Position numbers and translations under genes: made by a program. Shown in pieces: positions 22,122 through 29,332 of a DNA stretch of 34,904 nucleotides. The stretch's first letter is position 1; each line of letters starts with the position of its first letter. The notes beneath the pieces are model-generated. The model was given only the letters and a program-made list of their open reading frames with translations, searched no databases and had not been told where the DNA came from. Origin of the DNA: a virus; IMG/VR virus record IMGVR_UViG_3300006117_000005, positions 1 to 34,904 of that record, one strand, 5' to 3'.

Positions 22122-22517
22122 TTATACCTTCAACTTTTCAATTGCTGATCTAATCCACTCAATTACCAAGCCCTTCCTGACCTGCTCAGTTGTGCCCCGA
22201 ATGACAATCCAGCCCATGACCGCTGCCGTACTGTATTTCTCGCAGTCAGATGAATAGCCCTCACCGCGCGTATGACGACCATTGCTATACACACCACCTT
22301 CCACTTCAACCAAAATCGGATACCCATCAATCCTGAAATCTGCTCTCCATTTACGCTCAGGGTGAAACCTAAACTCCTTGGTGTACTCGATTTTGTATAT
22401 ATCCAGATGAGAGCTAAGTAGCTTCTCACCTGGACTTACCGACTTGCGTGGCTTCGGTCTTATTGCAGACCGAGCCACCGGTTTTGATTGCACTTGCCAG
22501 CCTCTAGGTGTCTTCAT
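22122..22517 (-). CDS. PD-(D/E)XK nuclease-fold protein (Vsr/DUF559-like core)
   Basis: WRADFRIDGYPILVEVEGGVYSNGRHTRGEGYSSDCEKYSTAAVMGWIVIR matches the D..EVEG..H..D.EK..A...GW.V.R core. The start is uncertain (22517 or upstream). Confidence 0.5.
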   Translation of the reverse strand: MKTPRGWQVQSKPVARSAIRPKPRKSVSPGEKLLSSHLDIYKIEYTKEFRFHPERKWRADFRIDGYPILVEVEGGVYSNGRHTRGEGYSSDCEKYSTAAVMGWIVIRGTTEQVRKGLVIEWIRSAIEKLKV

Positions 22518-22923
22518 TAGCACCTCGCAGGATCTCTTGAATCTCATACGCCATACTTGGACGCATTGTTGTGTAGTCATCATCAATGAGCTTTTGCAGT
22601 AAATGCCTTAAGCTCTGTGTGTGAGATTCATTACGCTTAATTAATTCGTACTGGTTATCGTTCCATTGATTTAACTCACTAACCCTTTTCTCACCCTCAC
22701 CCACCTTCCCCAACAACACTGCATTCTCTTTCCGGCAGCATTCGAGCTGGGCTTTTAGGACGTTGATGATGGCTTGTTGGTGGTTCCACACTTCAGCCTG
22801 ATCTTCAATTTCCTTAACCCCATAAAACAAATCCCCATCAATATCCTTAAATTTCTGAAACAATATTTTTGGTGATCTATTTGGGTATTTGGCCCCAATG
22901 TATTTCTCAAAATCTCTCATCAC
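22504..22923 (-). CDS. Hypothetical coiled-coil protein
   Basis: 139-aa ORF, operon-packed. Confidence 0.6.
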   Translation of the reverse strand: MMRDFEKYIGAKYPNRSPKILFQKFKDIDGDLFYGVKEIEDQAEVWNHQQAIINVLKAQLECCRKENAVLLGKVGEGEKRVSELNQWNDNQYELIKRNESHTQSLRHLLQKLIDDDYTTMRPSMAYEIQEILRGANEDT

Positions 22924-23195
22924 CCTTCCTCCCTACGCTGCCCGCAGATCATGCAGCTTTCAACTACACCACCTGTTACTTGGTTACCCCAAAAGTGCTC
23001 ACACTTCAGGCGCTCAGCTTCGAGAATGGCATCTGGTACGCCTCGATTGAGTTTGTTGAGTTCGGTTTGCATGGCTTGAGCATATTCCACAGCCCAAGCA
23101 ACAATTTCCCTATCATCCACATCGTGATAGCGCGGCATACTCATGTGCAGCAAGGCATACTCATGCGCCATATCCTCAACTGATCTCATTGGCAT
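22920..23195 (-). CDS. Hypothetical protein
   Basis: 91-aa ORF with ATGA-type overlaps with its neighbours. Confidence 0.55.
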   Translation of the reverse strand: MPMRSVEDMAHEYALLHMSMPRYHDVDDREIVAWAVEYAQAMQTELNKLNRGVPDAILEAERLKCEHFWGNQVTGGVVESCMICGQRREEG

Positions 23196-23506
23196 GCCTC
23201 CACGTCTGCGATGGCTTGCTTGATACGCTTGCCTAACTCAACAAGTCTTGGCCTATCTGTTTCTATGAGCTCATTAACTAACTCATCAATCAATGGACTT
23301 TCTAAATCAATAATTTTTAAAAGCTCATGACTCTCAATAATGCGTTTTAGGTCATCAGTGCTAAACTCATATTTCCCATATAGCTTTACACCGACACAAC
23401 CTCTAGCGTCATTTAAAACTCGCTTGGCTTCACCGATGCCGCAGTTCTTAACAAACTCAGTCGCTTTCATAATTCCCTCTTGGCTCACGTTGTCATGCTT
23501 AGTCAT
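23186..23506 (-). CDS. Hypothetical protein
   Basis: 106-aa ORF. Its start overlaps the upstream stop (ATGA). Confidence 0.55.
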   Translation of the reverse strand: MTKHDNVSQEGIMKATEFVKNCGIGEAKRVLNDARGCVGVKLYGKYEFSTDDLKRIIESHELLKIIDLESPLIDELVNELIETDRPRLVELGKRIKQAIADVEACQ

Positions 23507-23820
23507 GCGGTGGCTCCTAATCTTTCAACCCATTTATCCAGCTCAACCTGAGCAAACTGCTTTACTTCACGATCTTTGCTGTGACACATGTGTGCTGCCC
23601 TGATAATGATTTGCTCGACCTTCTTTTGTACGGCCTGTTCATCTAGTTCAATGATCGAAATGCCGTAACTAATCGCATTCCATTGACTCTGTGACATTCC
23701 CTTCTCCATCACTGAAACCTTGCTAATAAACTGCCTGGATACATTCAGAGTTTTAGCTAGTGCAGTAGCGCGACCAATACCCATTTCCAGCCATGCTCGA
23801 ACCTGCTTATTTCTATTCAT
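23503..23820 (-). CDS. HTH DNA-binding protein
   Basis: 105 aa with N-terminal IGRATALAKTLNVSRQFISKV helix-turn-helix. Confidence 0.55.
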   Translation of the reverse strand: MNRNKQVRAWLEMGIGRATALAKTLNVSRQFISKVSVMEKGMSQSQWNAISYGISIIELDEQAVQKKVEQIIIRAAHMCHSKDREVKQFAQVELDKWVERLGATA

Positions 23821-24053
23821 CCCTGTGCTCCAAATAATTGTTTGGTTTTATCTGTGGCCTTGTAGCCACGTGGAGTACTCCCATCACTTTGCAGGTAACC
23901 CAATTTTTGAAGCTCAACCAAATAACGCTGTGCTGATCTTTGTTGCAGTCCAGTAATTTCCATACAATCCCGCGTAGAGAGACGACTTGAACGAGAATAT
24001 GCAGTTCTAAGCAAGGCAATGCTGCGTTCAATAACATCCATTCTTGTTTTCAT
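23817..24053 (-). CDS. Winged-helix DNA-binding protein
   Basis: 78 aa with LSTRDCMEITGLQQRSAQRYLVELQKLGYL. Confidence 0.55.
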   Translation of the reverse strand: MKTRMDVIERSIALLRTAYSRSSRLSTRDCMEITGLQQRSAQRYLVELQKLGYLQSDGSTPRGYKATDKTKQLFGAQG

Positions 24054-24277
24054 GCTTCACCCACCCGTTCCACAATGGTCTTAATGGCCTTGAGCGTTAA
24101 TTCGTGGTCATCACTCGGTACAACAAATAGGCTTGCAATCATTTGGACTTTCTTAGCGTACTTGCGTGCATCATCACGATACTTGTTGCGCTCACGATCC
24201 AGATTTTCATTAAAGGCCAGCAGTTCCGCATGTTCTTTTTGAAGCTGCTCGAGATTCATTTCTAGGTAGTAATTCAC
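24050..24277 (-). CDS. Hypothetical protein
   Basis: 75-aa ORF coupled to the dnaB stop. Confidence 0.55.
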   Translation of the reverse strand: MNYYLEMNLEQLQKEHAELLAFNENLDRERNKYRDDARKYAKKVQMIASLFVVPSDDHELTLKAIKTIVERVGEA

Positions 24278-25635
24278 ACCCCACCTCCCATACTCTCGTA
24301 ATACTCGGGACTCAGGTCAGCAAAGCTAGAACGAGCCAAATCAGTTGCCAGTCTTACGGTTCCGGTTGATCCGTTACGAGCCTTTCCAATGATGATTTCT
24401 GCGGTTCCGGCTTCCTTAGAATCGCGGTTATAAACTTCATCGCGGTAGATAAACATGATGATGTCTGCATCCTGCTCAAGATCACCCGACTCCTTCAGAT
24501 CGGCATTAACCGGGCGTTTGTTTGGTCGGTTTTCAAGATTCCGGTTCAACTGCGCCAGAGCAAATACAGGGCAATCAAAATCACGCGCCATACGCTTAAG
24601 ATCTGCTGAAACCTCACCAATATCCTTGTCACTACGGCCAAAGTTATTTTTAGTCAGTGGTGTCACTTTCTGGATGTAATCAACAAAGATTGCACCTAGC
24701 TTTCCGTACTTCATTGACATCTTTCGAGCCGATCTACGGATAGTTGATGTGGTGGTCCGGGCATTGTCATCAATCTCAAGAGGCGCCTTTTCAAGAATGG
24801 CTGCGGCTGTATTGATTTTTCCGCAATCTTCCATTTCGGCATGACCACTTAAAACTTTGCGAAGTTCAACCTGTCCGATGCCACTAATGAGACGCTGAGC
24901 AATTTGCTTGCCTGACATTTCGATTGATACAAACAGAACAGGCAGGCTTTGGTTGATCATCATGTCTGCCGCCAGATTCTGTGCAAATGTGGTTTTACCC
25001 ATACTTGGACGAGCGCCGATAATAACCAGATCACCTTTTCCGATTTCACCAAGCTTGTTATCCAGTTCAATGAAACCTGTCTTGATTCCACCTTCAAATG
25101 CTCTGTTTTCATGAAGTGCAGCATGGCGATCCAAGAATTCACCAATGGCTTCTTTAGAAAACTCATGAGCATGTTTCAGCTTGTCATCGACCTGACCTAT
25201 GTCCAGACCTGTAACTAACGCCTGTGCGCGATTCAGTGCTGTTTCTGAGGTATGTGAAACCATGTCCAGTGCAAGTGCACTAATCTGCTTACTTGCATCC
25301 TGAATCTTGCGACGAGTTGAAAAATCCTTAAGTTTTTTAATGTGAGTACCCAGCAGACTGTACTGAGCAATACGGCTCATCAGGTTCACCAGAAACTGCT
25401 CATCAATCACAGTGTTCTCAAGCCCATTAGAGCGGATCAGTTCCCACAAAGTGACTTCATCGTAAGCTTCGCCTTTAGCGAATTGATTCTTGATGTGAGT
25501 ACAAATGACTTGATGCTGTACTGCATAAAAATCTTTCGGGTCCAGCTGCTCGATGTATTCATCAGTGCCCTGTTCTGCACCAATGATCGTTGCCAGGATG
25601 CTTTGCTCAACCGGGATAGAAAATAATTCAATCAT
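24274..25635 (-). CDS. dnaB: Replicative DNA helicase, DnaB family
   Basis: 453 aa. Walker A is GARPSMGKT. IFVDYIQ, LAQLNR and ESGDLEQDAD motifs are present. Confidence 0.9.
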   Translation of the reverse strand: MIELFSIPVEQSILATIIGAEQGTDEYIEQLDPKDFYAVQHQVICTHIKNQFAKGEAYDEVTLWELIRSNGLENTVIDEQFLVNLMSRIAQYSLLGTHIKKLKDFSTRRKIQDASKQISALALDMVSHTSETALNRAQALVTGLDIGQVDDKLKHAHEFSKEAIGEFLDRHAALHENRAFEGGIKTGFIELDNKLGEIGKGDLVIIGARPSMGKTTFAQNLAADMMINQSLPVLFVSIEMSGKQIAQRLISGIGQVELRKVLSGHAEMEDCGKINTAAAILEKAPLEIDDNARTTTSTIRRSARKMSMKYGKLGAIFVDYIQKVTPLTKNNFGRSDKDIGEVSADLKRMARDFDCPVFALAQLNRNLENRPNKRPVNADLKESGDLEQDADIIMFIYRDEVYNRDSKEAGTAEIIIGKARNGSTGTVRLATDLARSSFADLSPEYYESMGGGV

Positions 25636-26429
25636 TGGTTCATCCCCTTAAATTTTTTGGCTACCCCTTTGAAGGCGGTAACTGGTTGTTCAGGGACGGT
25701 TTGAGTAGGCTCTTGCTCCTGGTATTCAGCAAGATTGATATTCTGCAACCAAGATGCATTGAAGCCCTGCCATGAACGTTCGATGCAGATCTTCAGCACA
25801 GTGTTGATATTTAAATTTGCTTTGTTGAATTCACGTTCAAAACCTTTGAAAGCTGTTTCGGTATTAGCAGCTTTTTTGTTTTTGCGGACAGCTAACCAAT
25901 CTTTGATTAACTGCTCATCAGCACCTAGATTTTTTAGTGATTCAGAGAAAGAAAATTTAATATTATTTTCTTTTTTCTTTCTTTCTTTAATAGAGTACGG
26001 ATTTTCCGTACCAACTAAGTACGGATTATTAGTACCAACTTGGTACGGTTTTTCCGTACTAGCTGACTTAGTACTATTTTTCCGTACTAGTACGGTTTTT
26101 TCGTACTGATCAAAAGTAAGGGAAAAAGTATTAATGTGGGTACTACGATCAACAGAAATGATCTTTAATTGCTCAAGTTCACGAATTGCATCAATCACTG
26201 TTTCCTTGCGTTTAATGCCAGTGATTTCTAAAAATAAAGTTTGTGCAATTTGATAACTGTCACGTTGATAACCAAGTGTGCAGCGAATAATAACGCTCAG
26301 GCATTTATAAGCATTTGGGCTTATGTTCTGCATGATGCTATCAATCACAATATTCGGCATCTTTGTGTAATTCTCTTCCACAGTAACCGCCTGTTGTATG
26401 AATTTTTCAAAATCCACGCCAATATTCAT
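25632..26429 (-). CDS. Replication initiator, lambda O-like (N-terminal winged helix)
   Basis: 265 aa with NYTKMPNIVIDS..YKCLSVIIRCTLGYQRDSYQIAQTLFLEITGIKRKETVIDAIRELEQL. It contains the iteron array internally. Confidence 0.75.
   Translation of the reverse strand: MNIGVDFEKFIQQAVTVEENYTKMPNIVIDSIMQNISPNAYKCLSVIIRCTLGYQRDSYQIAQTLFLEITGIKRKETVIDAIRELEQLKIISVDRSTHINTFSLTFDQYEKTVLVRKNSTKSASTEKPYQVGTNNPYLVGTENPYSIKERKKKENNIKFSFSESLKNLGADEQLIKDWLAVRKNKKAANTETAFKGFEREFNKANLNINTVLKICIERSWQGFNASWLQNINLAEYQEQEPTQTVPEQPVTAFKGVAKKFKGMNQ
25995..26106. repeat. Origin iterons: five 17-bp palindromic repeats GTACGG-N5-CCGTAC
   Basis: Copies lie at 25995-26011, 26019-26035, 26043-26059, 26071-26087 and 26090-26106. 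An adjacent T/C-rich AT-rich tract spans 25950-25992. Confidence 0.8.
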
Positions 26430-26587
26430 TTGCCACCTCCAATAGTGAAAGCAAGCAACTGCGCTTTGGTTTGAGACACGGCCTGAGCATTAGGCAGGGT
26501 TTTTTCTACCGCATATCGCTCTACCGCTTTTTGAAACAGATAGATCTTTTGGTTTATTTCTATCTCTGCTAAAATGTTTTTGTTCAT
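26426..26587 (-). CDS. 53-aa hypothetical protein, coupled to the initiator gene
   Basis: MNKNILAEIEINQKIYLFQKAVERYAVEKTLPNAQAVSQTKAQLLAFTIGGGK, with AGGAAA RBS and an ATGA overlap with the rep start. Confidence 0.5.
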   Translation of the reverse strand: MNKNILAEIEINQKIYLFQKAVERYAVEKTLPNAQAVSQTKAQLLAFTIGGGK

Positions 26588-26620
26588 TTAGATTTCCTAA
26601 TGTTAGTGAACAACCGGAAA

Positions 26621-26650
26621 AGCCTGATCTCAGAAATCAGGCTTTTTCTT
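26621..26650. terminator. Bidirectional hairpin terminator at the 3' end of the 91-aa gene, stronger on the plus strand
   Basis: AGCCTGAT-CTCAGAA-ATCAGGCT. The plus strand is followed by TTTTTCTTTG and the minus strand by TTTTCCGG. Confidence 0.65.
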
Positions 26651-26912
26651 TGTCTAAATCCCGCTCAGTCCCATCAAATCCCTCTTGTTCCCACACCTCA
26701 GTACTCAAGTCCCTCACCAAAGCCGTTAATCCCAAGCGCTCAAATGATTTTGCTTGTAAATTAAGAACATGCCACTCACCAACGATTTCCTTCTCAAGAA
26801 GAAAAGCCAGGTACTGTGCAAGCTCTTTTCCTTTGATCAGAGCAAGAGTTTTAGCCCGTTCATGAATTTCAGGGGACAACCGGACATGTGTAGATTTCTT
26901 TTCCAGACTCAT
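26637..26912 (-). CDS. Ribbon-helix-helix-like protein in the cII position
   Basis: 91 aa. THVRLSPEIHERAKTLALIKGKELAQYLAFLLE is RHH-like. It is the second gene of the PR-like operon. Confidence 0.5.
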   Translation of the reverse strand: MSLEKKSTHVRLSPEIHERAKTLALIKGKELAQYLAFLLEKEIVGEWHVLNLQAKSFERLGLTALVRDLSTEVWEQEGFDGTERDLDKEKA

Positions 26913-26922
26913 ATTTTTTTCC

Positions 26923-27123
26923 TTATGCAGCAGTTGATTTACTGCGCTGAATATTTGGATTTAAGAATAAGTGCGGATATTCAAGCTTTACTCTTGAAGG
27001 TATTCCGCGAACCATCCAGTTCTGAACTCTCTGCCGACTGTTGTAGCCAAGAAGTTCTGCAACCTTTGCAGGTCCGCCTAAATTCAGGATGGTTTCTTTA
27101 TCGGCTTTAACTGACAGAGCCAT
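26923..27123 (-). CDS. cro: Cro-like HTH repressor
   Basis: 66 aa with GGPAKVAELLGYNSRQRVQNWMVRGIP, divergent from the cI-like gene. GAGGTG RBS. Confidence 0.7.
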   Translation of the reverse strand: MALSVKADKETILNLGGPAKVAELLGYNSRQRVQNWMVRGIPSRVKLEYPHLFLNPNIQRSKSTAA

Positions 27124-27151
27124 AAAAACACCTCAACACCACGTTAACTAA

Positions 27152-27180
27152 ATAGTAAACACTGCGTTAACTATTGTCAA
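27152..27180 (-). promoter_or_regulatory. PR-like early promoter
   Basis: Minus strand reads TTGACA (27180-27175), a 17-nt spacer, TACTAT (27157-27152). It overlaps the ATAGTAAACA operator-like motif. Confidence 0.65.
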
Positions 27181-27218
27181 TCAACTTGTTTAACACAAAG
27201 TGTTTACTTTTTTAGATA

Positions 27219-27932
27219 ATGAAATTGCAACTAAACAGAGCGAAAATAAAAATGCATCCTTCCCTAGAGCGCCTATTGAAAGTTAGTGGCCTTAATCAAG
27301 AAGAACTTGCTAAAAGAATTGACGAGTCTCCACAAACAGTGAGCAACTGGAAAAGACGTGGAGTGTCAAAATCGGGAGCTATTAAAGCTTCTGCTGAGTT
27401 TGGCGTCTCTGTTAGTTGGATTCTTGACGGGGATGAGTCTGGTGAGAATGTTGAAGTATCAAAAGTACAAGGATGGGACTCAAACACTCCATTAGATGAT
27501 GATGAAGTGGAGATCCCTTTTTATAAGGATTTTTTAGTGTCGTGTGGGTCAGGAAGTACACCAGAAATTATTGGTGAAGCAACAAGGAAATTGCGTTTAA
27601 GCAAAGCTACTCTTAATAAATACGGGGTTTACGAAGGAAATGCCTATGCGCTTACAGCATTCGGTAACTCTATGTCCCCTATTATTAATAATGGTGCAAC
27701 TGTTTATGTAGATACAGGTAGGACACAAATAGTTGACGGCAAGATTTATGCAATCAATCATGGTGGTCTGTTTAAATTTAAGTTTCTATACCGAATGCCA
27801 AAAGGTGGCGTTCGCATCGTTAGCGCCAACGCTGAAGAGTATCCAGAAGAAATATTAACAGCAGAAGATATTATGGATCAGGAATTTTGTGTCGTGGCTT
27901 ACGCCTTTAACGTTCAAAACTCGCTGCCATAA
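27219..27932 (+). CDS. cI-like repressor (N-terminal HTH plus C-terminal S24 LexA-type autopeptidase)
   Basis: 237 aa. LNQEELAKRIDESPQTVSNWKR HTH, the GNSMSP Ser motif and a downstream Lys (GKIYAI..FKFKFL). The start could instead be 27252. Confidence 0.85.
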   Translation: MKLQLNRAKIKMHPSLERLLKVSGLNQEELAKRIDESPQTVSNWKRRGVSKSGAIKASAEFGVSVSWILDGDESGENVEVSKVQGWDSNTPLDDDEVEIPFYKDFLVSCGSGSTPEIIGEATRKLRLSKATLNKYGVYEGNAYALTAFGNSMSPIINNGATVYVDTGRTQIVDGKIYAINHGGLFKFKFLYRMPKGGVRIVSANAEEYPEEILTAEDIMDQEFCVVAYAFNVQNSLP

Positions 27933-27951
27933 TCTAGTTAAAACAACAGAT

Positions 27952-27974
27952 ACCGCCCCAGTGGCGGTTTTTTA
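27952..27974 (+). terminator. Terminator after the repressor gene
   Basis: ACCGCC-CCAGT-GGCGGT followed by TTTTTTATTG. Confidence 0.75.
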
Positions 27975-28038
27975 TTGCCTCAACAAAAGTAAACAAAATA
28001 GGTAAACATATAAATCAACAAAAAGTTCACATAATGAC

Positions 28039-28067
28039 TTGACTATAGTACACACCATGTTTACTAT
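28039..28067 (+). promoter_or_regulatory. PL-like early-left promoter
   Basis: TTGACT, a 17-nt spacer, TACTAT. It shares TTGAC-ATAGT and TGTTTACTATT with the PR-like promoter. Confidence 0.65.
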
Positions 28068-28138
28068 TAATTCACAGACAACAAAAAAGCCCCTAGCTTT
28101 CGACGGACAGGGACTTTTACTCAGTGAGTGAATTAATT

Positions 28139-28564
28139 ATGAATGCAAAACTTACTTTATTCAATAGCCTCCTAATTGCTTCAGTGGTATCAGGCTGCAA
28201 CTACGCCGATGCAAGTGGGCCTGCACAAGAAGTTGAAGTCTCTATCAATCAGGCTAAACCATTCGTTGCCCTTCAAGAGCTATCAGTTCAGGGCAAGCTT
28301 TACCCACATGAACACGAAGGCACGGAATCTATCGGCAAGGCAATCGTATGGCTAGAAGGTCAGGAGGATTGCTCACTACAAGTTGAGGTTCTGCAAGTCA
28401 ATGAAGATGGTCAGCAATGGATTGAACTTGGGGAAATTCGATTTATTACACCAGATGACCGCGATTTAGGTGCACCTGATTTTGAAGAAGGTATGACCAG
28501 CAAAATCGTTGCAGAGCTTACTACTGTGTTTGAAGAACAGCTTGTTGTGATGAAGGAGGCTTAG
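28139..28564 (+). CDS. Lipoprotein, first gene of the early-left operon
   Basis: MNAKLTLFNSLLIASVVSGC has a lipobox-like VSGC, followed by an acidic soluble domain. Confidence 0.7.
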   Translation: MNAKLTLFNSLLIASVVSGCNYADASGPAQEVEVSINQAKPFVALQELSVQGKLYPHEHEGTESIGKAIVWLEGQEDCSLQVEVLQVNEDGQQWIELGEIRFITPDDRDLGAPDFEEGMTSKIVAELTTVFEEQLVVMKEA

Positions 28565-28566
28565 TG

Positions 28567-28788
28567 ATGGCTAAAAATCCAATAAAAGTCATGTCGTCAA
28601 TGCTGACTGGTCGAATTTATGCAGGTCGCGTTAATCCTAAAAACCAGATGTTTATTGGCGAAAAAGATGATGTGACTGATACCGCTGTTAGTGCTGTGGC
28701 GCAGCACCTTTTGAAAGAAGAAATTTGCTTGCAGTTTGAAGTAAAAGGCAAAACTTACAGATTAGAAGTTCGTGAGGTGCAGCAATGA
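28567..28788 (+). CDS. Hypothetical protein
   Basis: 73 aa from the ATG, abutting the upstream stop. Confidence 0.6.
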   Translation: MAKNPIKVMSSMLTGRIYAGRVNPKNQMFIGEKDDVTDTAVSAVAQHLLKEEICLQFEVKGKTYRLEVREVQQ

Positions 28789-29138
28789 AAATCAAAACCG
28801 CTTTTGCCGAGCAGTTCAACACTCACGACTATGACCCTGATTTTGCAGCTCACTATTTTGGCCGCATCGAAATTCACTTAGATACGCAGTACATGCTGCT
28901 TGATGACTTGCACACCCAGCGCGTCACGCTATCCATCTTAGTGCTGCAAGACGGTACGGTGGATACAGACCAGGTGTGCACAGTTAAGACTTATCGTGGT
29001 CTGCCAGATGACTGTGTGTTTAACGATGAGTTTATCGCAATTGATGAATTGACGACCCGGCAGTTTGATTACTTCACGAACTTAGAAGAAGTGAAGCGCG
29101 AAATTGGATTGTTTGGGATGGAATTGGAGACGGTGTGA
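28785..29138 (+). CDS. Hypothetical protein
   Basis: 117 aa with an ATGA overlap. Confidence 0.6.
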   Translation: MKIKTAFAEQFNTHDYDPDFAAHYFGRIEIHLDTQYMLLDDLHTQRVTLSILVLQDGTVDTDQVCTVKTYRGLPDDCVFNDEFIAIDELTTRQFDYFTNLEEVKREIGLFGMELETV

Positions 29139-29323
29139 TGGAAGTTCAACATAAAAGAAAGCTTCTTGAGGCGATCGATATTTTAGTGCGTCGCCCTGCT
29201 GCTGCAAATGAAACCACACTTGCCGAGGCATTAGCTTGTTTCAAGATGCTAGTTGAAGAAGTAACGCAAGAAGAAGTGATTGTTCACTACGTAAATGCAT
29301 CTGAAAGCGATTTGCCATTTTAG
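29135..29323 (+). CDS. Hypothetical protein
   Basis: 62 aa with a GTGATG-type overlap. Confidence 0.55.
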   Translation: MMEVQHKRKLLEAIDILVRRPAAANETTLAEALACFKMLVEEVTQEEVIVHYVNASESDLPF

Positions 29324-29332
29324 GAGAAGAAT

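Noticed and set aside
25995-26106. Regularly spaced repeats that could superficially look like a mini-CRISPR array.
   Set aside because: The repeats are 17-bp palindromes with only 2-11-bp gaps. They lie inside an intact initiator ORF next to an AT-rich tract. They are replication iterons, not repeat-spacer units.
27124-28138. Lambda-style N antiterminator gene and nut (boxA/boxB) sites next to the early promoters.
   Set aside because: The first PL-operon product is a lipoprotein. No small Arg-rich protein or boxA-like CGCTCTTA element was seen. Absence is noted but no feature is called.
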